Origin: a bacterium
GTDB lineage: Bacteria > Zhuqueibacterota > Zhuqueibacteria > Residuimicrobiales > Krinioviventaceae
Direction: 5' to 3'
DNA: 64,000 nucleotides
NCBI GenBank assembly: GCA_963675755.2
Contig: CAXXMD010000001.1
Location: 326,049-390,048 of the forward strand
Below the pieces are notes generated by a model that was not told the origin of the DNA, did not search any database, and saw only the letters and a program-made list of their open reading frames with translations. Every line of letters begins with the position of its first letter. Position 1 is the stretch's first letter. A program made the position numbers and the translations under genes. Shown one piece after another: positions 55,074-64,000 of this stretch.

Positions 55074-55894
55074 TATATTTGGTTTTCATTCCAATATTTT
55101 AGAAATTGATTGCTGGAAATATGTGGTTTTTCATTATGACATTCAAAAATGAATGGACCATTAAAAGGTAATGATTTAAGAGCATCAGTAACTTTGGACC
55201 AGTTCACTGTTCCATTTCCGATAGTCTGGTGTTCATCATATTCACCATTATTGTCGTGCAAATGGATGCATGAAAATTTGTGTCCCAGGTTTTGAATATA
55301 GGACATTGAATTGTTTCCAATATGTGCATGCCCTATATCAAAACATATTTTTAATAAAGGTGAATTGATGTTATCAAAGATAATATTAAAATCATCAATA
55401 TTATCGCCCAGATGCTCTATTTCTGAACCGGAATGCATTTTTACTGCATTTTCAATGGCTATTGTAATATTATATTTTTGGCTATAGTACAAGAGTTCTT
55501 TGAGACTTTTTATGCAATTCATCAAGGCCTTTTGTCGGAATGATTTCATTGATGTATGACCTATGAAACTACCCAGATGCAATGTTATGTGTCGTAGATG
55601 TAGTTTATGACCAATTTCCAGGCAATTTACAAGGAATTGGATGTTTTTAGCTCGAATATAATCAAATTCATGGGCAATATTGATGGAAAAAGGCGGGTGA
55701 AAACTGAAATTGATATTTGATTCTAACGCAAGCTTGTTATACAAGGAGATTTTTTCATTAGTAAAAGTATACAATTGCAGATGTTTTGGATATAAATTGA
55801 TCTCCAGATGATTAAAGTGAAATTGGTTAGAATATTCAACTTCCTGTTGAATCGAGTTTTCATAAACGCTGAAACCCAGAATTGTTGGGGACAT
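55070..55894 (-). CDS. Sugar-phosphate isomerase/epimerase TIM-barrel (AP endonuclease 2 family)
   Basis: SFHPP, IAIEN, CFDIGHA, IHLHDN..DEH, FEC metal ligands. Confidence 0.8.
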   Translation of the reverse strand: MSPTILGFSVYENSIQQEVEYSNQFHFNHLEINLYPKHLQLYTFTNEKISLYNKLALESNINFSFHPPFSINIAHEFDYIRAKNIQFLVNCLEIGHKLHLRHITLHLGSFIGHTSMKSFRQKALMNCIKSLKELLYYSQKYNITIAIENAVKMHSGSEIEHLGDNIDDFNIIFDNINSPLLKICFDIGHAHIGNNSMSYIQNLGHKFSCIHLHDNNGEYDEHQTIGNGTVNWSKVTDALKSLPFNGPFIFECHNEKPHISSNQFLKYWNENQIY

Positions 55895-56071
55895 TATATT
55901 TCCTTTATCAAATCCGGTAGCTTTGAGAATAATTATGATACTTTAAAAATTTATAAATAGCAATAATTAACTAAATAGTATTCAATAATATAAAAAACTA
56001 AAAGAGGAAAGGGCTGATTTCAAATGTAGTATAACAGAATTTCTATACCACTTAATCAATGGAGGAAGGGA

Positions 56072-56770
56072 ATGGTAAATCCAAAATTCAAGGTGAATTT
56101 TTTCAAACCGCATACTGATCATGCCAAAGCCAATATGAGATTAATTATATTGTTAGCAATTATATGGGCTGTTTGTGTATTCGGATTTCAGTTTTTGTTG
56201 ATAGCATTTAATAAACCAGTTCCGGAAGCGAACTATCTAAAGTTTCAGCAGATTTGGCCCAATATACAGACCAGTCAGGCTGATGCTGATATTACAAGGA
56301 ATTTTACTAAAATTACCATGGCCGTATTGGGTAAGAATATTGCTTTAAAGGCTCCACACAAAGCTGTATTGGACGAAACATTGTCTACGTTGTTATTGAA
56401 ATTGTTACCAGAAGATCAAAAAGAAGCTTTTGCAAATGATCCACTAGAATACCTCAACAATAATGATCTTCATTCGGTGTTGGGTTTGGAAAAATCCGGA
56501 TTCGACAAATTGATGTATGATTTATTACCTACCTCGCTGGTTAAGGTTGACAACGCTGAATTGTCACCCCAAATTATCAAAGAATTGCCGGGTATAATGG
56601 AGCTCTATCTTGTCCATAACCGCAGTTTTCTAACGGATTCAAAATTCCTCGGATTTCCGTTTCATTATTGGTATACCGCACAGTTTTTACTCATCTTGTT
56701 TGTAGGCTTGTGCTGTATCTATGCGATCTATATTGATAGGCTCAATAAAAAATATGACTTTCCAGATTAA
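56072..56770 (+). CDS. DUF4212-type small symporter subunit with a large insertion
   Basis: N-terminal TM (IIWAVCVFGF) and C-terminal FLGFPFHYWYTAQ..YAIYIDRLNKKY; directly upstream of the SSS transporter. Confidence 0.7.
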   Translation: MVNPKFKVNFFKPHTDHAKANMRLIILLAIIWAVCVFGFQFLLIAFNKPVPEANYLKFQQIWPNIQTSQADADITRNFTKITMAVLGKNIALKAPHKAVLDETLSTLLLKLLPEDQKEAFANDPLEYLNNNDLHSVLGLEKSGFDKLMYDLLPTSLVKVDNAELSPQIIKELPGIMELYLVHNRSFLTDSKFLGFPFHYWYTAQFLLILFVGLCCIYAIYIDRLNKKYDFPD

Positions 56771-56790
56771 TCCAAACTTGGGAGAATCCA

Positions 56791-58470
56791 ATGCTGCGAA
56801 AAATATACTTTATGTTAATGATTTCATTATTTTCAGCTGTCTTGCCGGTTTGGGCTGAAGCTTCCAGCGCTGTGAAACTGGAAGGCGATTTTAAAGTTGG
56901 ACCTGCAATTATTCTTATAGTAATTTTAATTACATTTATTATGGTTGGTTTGTTTAACAGAGCCAAAGATACCTCAACCTATTGGGCCGCCGGCAGAAAA
57001 ATTTCCCCCGTTGGTGCCGGAATGGCCATTGCTTCAAACTGGATGAGTGCGGCTTCCTTTCTTGGAATGGCTGCAATTATGTATGGCTCTGGTTATCATG
57101 GTTTATCATACGTTGTTGGTTGGACAGGTGGTTATGTGTTACTGTTGATCCTGATGGCGGGGCAAATCAGACGATATGGTAAATATACTGCTGCTGACTT
57201 TATTGGAGACCGTTATTATTCAAAAGGGTTACGTGGATTTGGTGCCTGTCTTGCAATATTTATCTCTTTTTCATATTGTGTAGGCCAGTTTGCCGGTATT
57301 GGTATAATGTTTAAATGGGTTATGGGTATTGATTATACCTGGGCTGTTCTTATTGGTGCTTCGGTAGTGCTTGCATATACTCTGATTTCCGGTATGTTGG
57401 GTGTAACCAAAAATATGCAGATTCAATATGTGATCATTATCGTTTCCTTTATGATTCCGCTTTTTATTCTAACTTACAAATACGGTTATTTCTGGCTTGT
57501 ACCTCAGGTTGGTTACGGTAATGTAGTTTCAGATGTTGTAAATGGCCTGCCACCTGGAAAAGGGCTGTCAGTAATGGGGCATGATTTTGGGATCTTGCCT
57601 TCACCAGAATTTGCAATGCCCTGGGATCCTGCAACCGGGCAAACTGCATTTCAATGGATTGCAATTTGTTTTTCACTGATGATTGGCACGGCAGGTTTAC
57701 CTCATGTTATTCAACGTTTCTATGTTGTGCCCCGGGCCCGTGATGCTCGCTGGTCTGTTGTTTGGGGATTGTTTTTTATCTGTTTACTCTATTGGAGTGC
57801 CCCTGTATATTCTGCATTCGGAAAGATTTTATCATCAAACCCGGAAGTCGGTGCGTTAGCTAAAGACGCAATTGTTGTATATACGGCACAACTTGGTGCT
57901 GTTTTTCCATTAATTGTAGGTTTACTTGCCGCTGGTGCTATATCGGCTGCTTTTTCTACAGTTTCGGGATTGTTGGTTGCAGGTGCTTCGGCATTTTCTC
58001 ATGACCTTTATTATCGTGTGATTAATCCAAAAGCAACTGAACATACTCAGATGTTAATGGCCAGAATTGGTACAATTCTTATGGCTGTGTCTGTTGCAAT
58101 TGTCGCATTGTTAAAGCTGGGTTTAATAGCTCAATTGGTTGCAATTGCATTTTCTCTTGCCGGTTGTACTATTTTTCCTTTGTTTCTGTTAGGAATCTGG
58201 TGGAGTGGATCAAACAGAAAAGGCGCCTGGGCTGGATTAATTGCGGGTACTATAGTTTCACTTGTTGCAATTGTTAATTTTATTGTAAGCAAGTATGGTG
58301 GTCAGCTACCGGGGCAGGAAATGATCAGTTATTACCTGAATGCCTGGTATTTTGCATGGTTGGGTGCACCTTTGGCAATTATTACCAATATTGTAGTATC
58401 TTTATTAACAAAATCCAAAACTCCGGCAGAAATTGAACAGTTTCTTGCTGAAAATGTACATAATTATTAA
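56791..58470 (+). CDS. Sodium:solute symporter, cation/acetate symporter ActP-like
   Basis: GMAIASNWMSAASFLG, YGKYT, GTAGLPHVIQRF, AAFSTVSGLL, HDLYY, LGIWW. Confidence 0.88.
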   Translation: MLRKIYFMLMISLFSAVLPVWAEASSAVKLEGDFKVGPAIILIVILITFIMVGLFNRAKDTSTYWAAGRKISPVGAGMAIASNWMSAASFLGMAAIMYGSGYHGLSYVVGWTGGYVLLLILMAGQIRRYGKYTAADFIGDRYYSKGLRGFGACLAIFISFSYCVGQFAGIGIMFKWVMGIDYTWAVLIGASVVLAYTLISGMLGVTKNMQIQYVIIIVSFMIPLFILTYKYGYFWLVPQVGYGNVVSDVVNGLPPGKGLSVMGHDFGILPSPEFAMPWDPATGQTAFQWIAICFSLMIGTAGLPHVIQRFYVVPRARDARWSVVWGLFFICLLYWSAPVYSAFGKILSSNPEVGALAKDAIVVYTAQLGAVFPLIVGLLAAGAISAAFSTVSGLLVAGASAFSHDLYYRVINPKATEHTQMLMARIGTILMAVSVAIVALLKLGLIAQLVAIAFSLAGCTIFPLFLLGIWWSGSNRKGAWAGLIAGTIVSLVAIVNFIVSKYGGQLPGQEMISYYLNAWYFAWLGAPLAIITNIVVSLLTKSKTPAEIEQFLAENVHNY

Positions 58471-58573
58471 TTTAATTAATGATTTGTATTTGATGAATTT
58501 ATATATTGTAAAGTTGTCGATATAGTATAATATGTATTATGTTGAAAATATTGACCCCGTCAATGGAGGTAAA

Positions 58574-59785
58574 ATGAAAAAAATTTGGATAGCTCTGTTT
58601 TTTACAATGTGTTTCTCTTCAATTGTTATAGCACAATCGTCAGAGTTTGGAATTAAATTTACCGGTTTTGTTAAAACCGATGTCATGTTTGATTCCCGCC
58701 AGACGGTAACTGCAAGAGAGGGACATTTTTTGCTTTATCCTGCCGGTGAAGATCTGGATGTGAATGGAGAGGATGCGAATGCGCAACCTAATCTCAATAT
58801 GCTCGCGATACAAACCCGGCTCAAGGGGGCTATCACAGGTCCGGATGCATTTGGGGCCAAAACATCCGGTTTGATTGAGGCTGCATTTTTTGGTCATTCC
58901 AATACGGATGTTAATGGCTTTCGGTTACGGCATGCTTTTTTGACCCTGGCCTGGGAAAAAAATACACTTTTGGTTGGGCAATTTTGGCATCCTATGTTTG
59001 TGACGGGTTGTTTCCCCGGTACGGTTTCTTTCAATACCGGTGTTCCTTTTCAACCCTTTTCCCGTAATCCTCAGGTTCGCCTAACTCATACATCAGGAGC
59101 TGTTTCGCTTTTTGCTGCTGCTGTATCTCAAAGGGATTTTACCAGTTCAGGACCCGACGGGGCCGGATCTCAATATCTAAGAAATGCAGCTATTCCTAAT
59201 TTGCATGGGCAACTACAAATCAGTACGGATAAAGTTCTATTAGGTGCCGGTGTTGACTGGAAAATGTTAAAACCAAGATTGAAAACACCTCTTGATTATG
59301 TGTCTGATGAAACGGTTTCCGGTGTATCTGTGATGGGTTTTGCAAAATTTAAATTACCCAAAGCAGAATGGAAGGTATATGGTGTTTACGGACAAAATTT
59401 AACTGATATGGTTATGCTGGGTGGTTATGGTGTTAACAGTCTGGATGCTGCAACCGCTCAGGAAACCTATGTGCCTACGGATATTATGTCTGTCTGGACC
59501 GATTTTTCTACCGGTTCTACAATCGCTTATGGCTGTTTTGCCGCTTATACTCAAAATCTGGGTGCCGGTGAAGACATTAGCAGTTTTTGGGGAAGAGGTT
59601 CGAATATTGATAATGTATATCGAATTTCTCCTAGAATCATGTGGAATTCCGGTAAAACACGTTTCGCTGCCGAAGTTGAATATACCGCAGCCGCATACGG
59701 CACTGCTGACAACCAGGGCAAAGTTCAGGATGCTGAATATGTAAATAATTTGAGATTGTTATTAGCCGCTTATTATTTCTTTTAA
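58574..59785 (+). CDS. DcaP-like outer-membrane porin
   Basis: Signal peptide; GFVKTD, FRLRHAF, LLVGQFWHP, RNPQVR; C-terminal YYFF; ATG at 58574 follows GGAGG. Confidence 0.75.
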   Translation: MKKIWIALFFTMCFSSIVIAQSSEFGIKFTGFVKTDVMFDSRQTVTAREGHFLLYPAGEDLDVNGEDANAQPNLNMLAIQTRLKGAITGPDAFGAKTSGLIEAAFFGHSNTDVNGFRLRHAFLTLAWEKNTLLVGQFWHPMFVTGCFPGTVSFNTGVPFQPFSRNPQVRLTHTSGAVSLFAAAVSQRDFTSSGPDGAGSQYLRNAAIPNLHGQLQISTDKVLLGAGVDWKMLKPRLKTPLDYVSDETVSGVSVMGFAKFKLPKAEWKVYGVYGQNLTDMVMLGGYGVNSLDAATAQETYVPTDIMSVWTDFSTGSTIAYGCFAAYTQNLGAGEDISSFWGRGSNIDNVYRISPRIMWNSGKTRFAAEVEYTAAAYGTADNQGKVQDAEYVNNLRLLLAAYYFF

Positions 59786-59824
59786 TAAAAAAAGGTCCCC
59801 GAAAAACTTCGGGGACCTTTTTTT
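59786..59824. terminator. Bidirectional terminator
   Basis: A-run-GGTCCCCGAA...TTCGGGGACC-T-run between convergent genes. Confidence 0.85.
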
Positions 59825-61358
59825 AAAAACGATATCCCAGATCCGTATAAATACGGTGTCCAAACGTTATATCTCCCCATTCATACTCGTAATTCGTTGT
59901 TATATAAAATGATGCAGGCAATTCAATTTGTGTGTTAAATTGTAACCATTGACTGTTTCGTTTCAAGCCGGTATTGTGATACTCGTAATTATAACTGCCA
60001 TATCCCAAAGATATATAGTGTCCCTTTTTTAAATATTTACCTAACGTCACTGATGGGTGTATACCCCGGGTATATAAATTTGAGAATCCTGAAAAACGAA
60101 GTGATAATCTCATCCTTTTAATAAACAGATTGTTTTTATATAAACCCAATGAATATGATGTTGTGGTGTTTTCATCACTTTTTTTACGTAATCCGTAATT
60201 TCCAAAGAAGCGAGTGTCCTTTGTCCATTTGAAATTGATATTTCCACGTAAACCTTGTCTGAACGCATCATCAAAAAGACTGTCAGCCACGGATAAGAGT
60301 TCATAGGTGTAGTAATTTTTATAATTGTTATAAGAGAGACCGGCTGTTAGTTTTTCTGATATATTCATACTTGCATTTAAATACAGGTTGGACAAGCTTG
60401 CCGTTGACTGGGTTTTTTCTTTGCGCCAATTCCGGTTTATATCGAGTTCCATACGTTGATAAAAATACCATCGTTTGTAAGCGTTTATACTGCTTTGCAG
60501 GTAAACAAATTCTCTGCTCACAATAGAATCATGATATTCCCCGGCTGCTGCAAGTGTAACCTCATATTTTGTTCCAGTGAAATCACCTCTGTTATAATTA
60601 ATAAACGTACCATATTTTTGCAGTGAGGTTTGAAATGATGAATACTGCCATTGAGGTTGAGTACCGGCAAAAACTCCCAGTTTCAGGTTTTTGGATGTAT
60701 TGTATTGCAAATTTAATCCGTCAATGTACCCCAATCCACTAAATATATGTGAAATGATTCTGCCGACTTTGTAATTGAGTGTTGAATTGGGATTGTCATA
60801 GGAAAAGGATACTTCATACAAACGGTTACGCCATTCTGTCTCGGGTGTTCTGGCATTATAACGTCTGCTTCTTTGATTGTATCTGGATCGAAGTTTGATA
60901 TTCAGGTTATAATCGCGGTTCCATAATTGTTTGACTTTGAGTTTGAATCTCACGGCGGGTTGTTTGAAATCGTTATTATATGGCGAGATATCATTAAATT
61001 GATAGTGTTGAAAAACAAGATAGCCGCTGTATCTGGTGTTACTGATTTTTTTGTTTTCGGGCTTTTCAGGATTATCAATTCTTACCTGGTCCCCTTTGTT
61101 TAATTCTGTTGTATTTTCAAGAATGCGACACGTTGCAGAGTTTTTTGAAATATGAGTAATTTCTATTTTTGAAATTATTTCATCATTTTCAAAAGCGGAG
61201 AGGATATCTCCCAAAGCCAGTCCTTTTTCAGTACCCGCGTTTATTGTTATCTGTTCATTACTAATATTCTGTATCGTAGCATATTCCTGGGCAAATAGCC
61301 CAAGTGCTGTTACGAATATAAAAAGTAATATATGAATTTTATTAATCATCTTCAGCAT
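59823..61358 (-). CDS. Outer-membrane beta-barrel protein coupled to the multiheme cytochrome
   Basis: Signal peptide (start 61358 or 61349, overlapping the cytochrome 3' end); small N-terminal beta domain; alternating aromatic strands; terminal DLGYRF. Confidence 0.7.
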   Translation of the reverse strand: MLKMINKIHILLFIFVTALGLFAQEYATIQNISNEQITINAGTEKGLALGDILSAFENDEIISKIEITHISKNSATCRILENTTELNKGDQVRIDNPEKPENKKISNTRYSGYLVFQHYQFNDISPYNNDFKQPAVRFKLKVKQLWNRDYNLNIKLRSRYNQRSRRYNARTPETEWRNRLYEVSFSYDNPNSTLNYKVGRIISHIFSGLGYIDGLNLQYNTSKNLKLGVFAGTQPQWQYSSFQTSLQKYGTFINYNRGDFTGTKYEVTLAAAGEYHDSIVSREFVYLQSSINAYKRWYFYQRMELDINRNWRKEKTQSTASLSNLYLNASMNISEKLTAGLSYNNYKNYYTYELLSVADSLFDDAFRQGLRGNINFKWTKDTRFFGNYGLRKKSDENTTTSYSLGLYKNNLFIKRMRLSLRFSGFSNLYTRGIHPSVTLGKYLKKGHYISLGYGSYNYEYHNTGLKRNSQWLQFNTQIELPASFYITTNYEYEWGDITFGHRIYTDLGYRF

Positions 61359-64000
61359 ACCCCCTGGGGTGACATGCGTAACATGCAGAACTTTCATAAA
61401 CATATCCACTTTCATCGTCATGTTTATCATCCATCTTTGTTCTGGTATGTTCGTGACAATTAATGCATTCAAATTGTGAATAATCATTTGTAGCTACATG
61501 GCAATTGTTGCATGTATTCCATTCACCGGCATGTTTCCCTGAATAAATTGGAAAATATTGTCTGTCATGGTCCCAATTTGCTGGTCGCCATGCTGAAGTG
61601 TTGTGACAACTGTTGCAGGTTGTTGGGAAATGCGCTGCGCTGTGATTTGGATTATTGGTGCCAATATAATCTGACATATGACAGGAATAACAATCTGTGG
61701 GGGTATTATCGTATCCGCTGCTGTGACAATCTGAACAATCTGCGTTCAGATGAGCACCGGTCAGTGTGAAATTTGTTGATGTATGGTCAAAAAATGCCGG
61801 AATCCAACCATTAATGGAATGACAATCCAGGCACTCATGACTGAAATTATTGATGACGTGATTGGGATCCGTTACCGCTTCAAAATCCGCCTGATGACAG
61901 CTATAGCATTCGGTCGGAATATTGGTATATCCAGTAGAATGACAGTCGATACAGTTGACAGTGGTATGCGCGCCTTCCAATGGGAACAGTGTGGTTGCAT
62001 GATCAAACTGGGCTGGGGAAAATGCGCTCATACTGTGGCAATCCAGACATTCGTGACTGAAATTATTGGTGACGTGATTGGGGTCCGTAACGGATTCAAA
62101 GTCCGCTTGATGGCAGCTGAAACATTCAGTCGGAATGTTGGTATATCCTGTTGAATGACAGTCGATACAGTTGACCGTGGTATGCGCGCCTTCCAGCGGA
62201 AACAAGGTGGTTGCATGGTCAAACTGAGCAGGAGAAAAAGCACTCATACTGTGACAGTCCAGACACTCGTGACTGAAATTGTTGGTAACGTGATTGGGGT
62301 CCGTAACGGATTCAAAATCAGTTTGGTGGCAGCTGTAACATTCAATTGGAATATTGGTATATCCTGTACTGTGACAATCAATGCAATTGGCTGATGTATG
62401 CGCACCTTCCAGCGGAAACAGGGTGGTTGCGTGATCAAACTGAGCTGGCGAAAAGGCACTCATGCTGTGACAATCAAGACATTCGTGGCTGAAATTGTTA
62501 GTGACGTGATTGGGATCCGAAACAGATTCAAAATCGGTCTGATGACAACTGAAACATTCAGTTGGTATGTTGGTATATCCTGTACTGTGACAATCGATAC
62601 AGTTGACCGTGGTATGCGCGCCTTCCAGCGGAAACAGGGTGGTTGCGTGATCAAATTGCGCGGGAGAAAAAGCACTCATGCTGTGACAATCCGTACATTC
62701 ATGGCTGAAATTGTTGGTGACGTGATTGGGATCCGAAACAGATTCAAAATCGGTCTGATGACAACTGAAACATTCAGTTGGTATGTTGGTATATCCTGTA
62801 CTGTGACAATCGATACAGTTGACCGTGGTATGCGCGCCTTCCAGCGGAAACAGGGTGGTTGCGTGGTCAAACTGTGCGGGAGAAAAAGCACTCATGCTGT
62901 GACAATCCGTACATTCATGGCTGAAATTGTTGGTGACGTGATTGGGATCAGTTACCGCTTCAAAATCAGCTTGATGACAGCTGTAACATTCAGTCGGAAT
63001 ATTGATATATCCTGTGGAATGACAATCGATACAATTTGCAGTTGTATGAGCACCTTCCAGTGGGAACAGAGTGGATGCATGATCAAACTGGGCAGGAGAA
63101 AAGGCATTCATGCTGTGGCAGTCCAAACACTCGTGACTGAAATTGTTGGTGACATGATTGGGATCGGTCACGGATTCAAAATCGGTTTGGTGACAACTGT
63201 AGCATTTGGTTGGAATGTTGGTATATCCTGTACTGTGGCAATCGATACAATTTGCTATTGTATGCGCACCTTCCAACGGGAACAGGGTGGTTGCGTGATC
63301 AAACTGCGCTGGAGAAAAGGCATTCATGCTGTGGCAGTCCGAACATTCGTGATTGAAATTGTTGGTGACGTGATTGGGTTCCGTAACAGATTCAAAATCA
63401 GTTTGATGACAGCTGTAACATTCAGTGGGTATATTTGTATATCCTATACTGTGACAGTCGATACAGTTGGCGGATGTATGAGCACCTTCCAGCGGAAACA
63501 AGGTGGTTGCATGGTCAAACTGAGCGGGAGAAAAAGCACTCATGCTGTGACAGTCCGAACACTCGTGGCTGAAATTGTTGGTGACGTGATTGGGGTCCGT
63601 AACAGATTCGAAATCCGCTTGATGACAGCTGTAACATTCTGTTGGAATATTGGTATAGCCTATGGAATGACAATCGATACAATTAACTGATGTATGAGCT
63701 CCTTCCAGTGGGAACAGGGTGGTTGCATGGTCAAACTGAGCGGGAGAAAAGACATTCATACTGTGACAGTCCTGACACTCGTAGCTGAAATTATTGGTAA
63801 CATGATTGGGATCCGTAACGGATTCAAAATCCGCTTGATGACAGCTGTAACATTCAGTGGGAATATTGGTATATCCTGTACTATGACAATCAATACAATT
63901 GGCTGATGTATGAGCACCTTCCAGCGGGAACAGCGTTGTCGCATGATCAAACTGGGCAGGCGAAAAAGCGTTCATGCTGTGACAATCCGTACACTCGTGG
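61342..64000 (-). CDS. Giant multiheme c-type cytochrome, 5' end outside the window
   Basis: 36 CxxCH motifs counted in the listed ORF plus CTDCH in-frame upstream of 63975; frame open to the window end. Confidence 0.93.
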   Translation of the reverse strand, partial: HECTDCHSMNAFSPAQFDHATTLFPLEGAHTSANCIDCHSTGYTNIPTECYSCHQADFESVTDPNHVTNNFSYECQDCHSMNVFSPAQFDHATTLFPLEGAHTSVNCIDCHSIGYTNIPTECYSCHQADFESVTDPNHVTNNFSHECSDCHSMSAFSPAQFDHATTLFPLEGAHTSANCIDCHSIGYTNIPTECYSCHQTDFESVTEPNHVTNNFNHECSDCHSMNAFSPAQFDHATTLFPLEGAHTIANCIDCHSTGYTNIPTKCYSCHQTDFESVTDPNHVTNNFSHECLDCHSMNAFSPAQFDHASTLFPLEGAHTTANCIDCHSTGYINIPTECYSCHQADFEAVTDPNHVTNNFSHECTDCHSMSAFSPAQFDHATTLFPLEGAHTTVNCIDCHSTGYTNIPTECFSCHQTDFESVSDPNHVTNNFSHECTDCHSMSAFSPAQFDHATTLFPLEGAHTTVNCIDCHSTGYTNIPTECFSCHQTDFESVSDPNHVTNNFSHECLDCHSMSAFSPAQFDHATTLFPLEGAHTSANCIDCHSTGYTNIPIECYSCHQTDFESVTDPNHVTNNFSHECLDCHSMSAFSPAQFDHATTLFPLEGAHTTVNCIDCHSTGYTNIPTECFSCHQADFESVTDPNHVTNNFSHECLDCHSMSAFSPAQFDHATTLFPLEGAHTTVNCIDCHSTGYTNIPTECYSCHQADFEAVTDPNHVINNFSHECLDCHSINGWIPAFFDHTSTNFTLTGAHLNADCSDCHSSGYDNTPTDCYSCHMSDYIGTNNPNHSAAHFPTTCNSCHNTSAWRPANWDHDRQYFPIYSGKHAGEWNTCNNCHVATNDYSQFECINCHEHTRTKMDDKHDDESGYVYESSACYACHPRGYAEDD
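61816..64000 (-). repeat. 216-bp (72-aa) tandem repeat, at least 10 copies, 3 hemes each
   Basis: Unit MxAFSPAQFDHATTLFPLEGAHTxxNCIDCHSTGYTNIPTECxSCHQxDFExVxDPNHVTNNFSHECxDCHS. Confidence 0.95.

Noticed and set aside
55070-55894. TIM-barrel gene as part of the Cache-DUF294/ActP system
   Set aside because: Opposite strand, generic family, and no sequence evidence of functional linkage beyond position.
61359-61487. N-terminal extension of the beta-barrel ORF in the ORF track
   Set aside because: Overlaps the cytochrome coding end; the signal peptide begins at 61358 or 61349.
62398-63690. 430-aa plus-strand repetitive ORF and the neighbouring 71-aa minus-strand ORFs
   Set aside because: Antisense or off-frame shadows of the 216-bp cytochrome repeat.
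61816-64000. Tandem repeats as a CRISPR array
   Set aside because: Units are 216-bp in-frame coding repeats without unique spacers, and no cas genes are present.

Overview
A 64-kb chromosomal window, probably from a non-Bacteroidota FCB-group bacterium such as KSB1 or Calditrichota. This is an inference from four secreted proteins with a YPNPFNP/FlgD-Ig C-terminal domain, Shine-Dalgarno sites and TTGCAT-N16/17-TAnnnT promoters. About 1-42 kb is a carbohydrate-utilisation region: GH51-PA14, GH137-like, two GH2, GH106, GH36-like, GH95-like and BNR/sialidase-fold genes, an aldarate-type garL-garR-enolase-gntP-enolase operon, tRNA-Arg(CCG) and several REP-like palindrome families. It is followed by a cobalamin-riboswitch-controlled TonB receptor plus beta-propeller (42.5-46.4 kb). 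The strongest candidate for an undescribed system is 46.6-52 kb: a translationally coupled trio (66-aa stand-alone PEP-CTERM-like peptide, AlkP/phosphodiesterase-TPR protein, PAPS sulfotransferase) followed by two paralogous secreted 'HYGW-domain' proteins with a shared leader. Next come a membrane Cache-PAS-PAS-CBS-DUF294 nucleotidyltransferase beside a DUF4212/ActP-like/porin operon, and a window-truncated multiheme cytochrome (216-bp repeats, at least 37 CxxCH) coupled to an outer-membrane beta-barrel. All family assignments come from motif recognition, without database searches.
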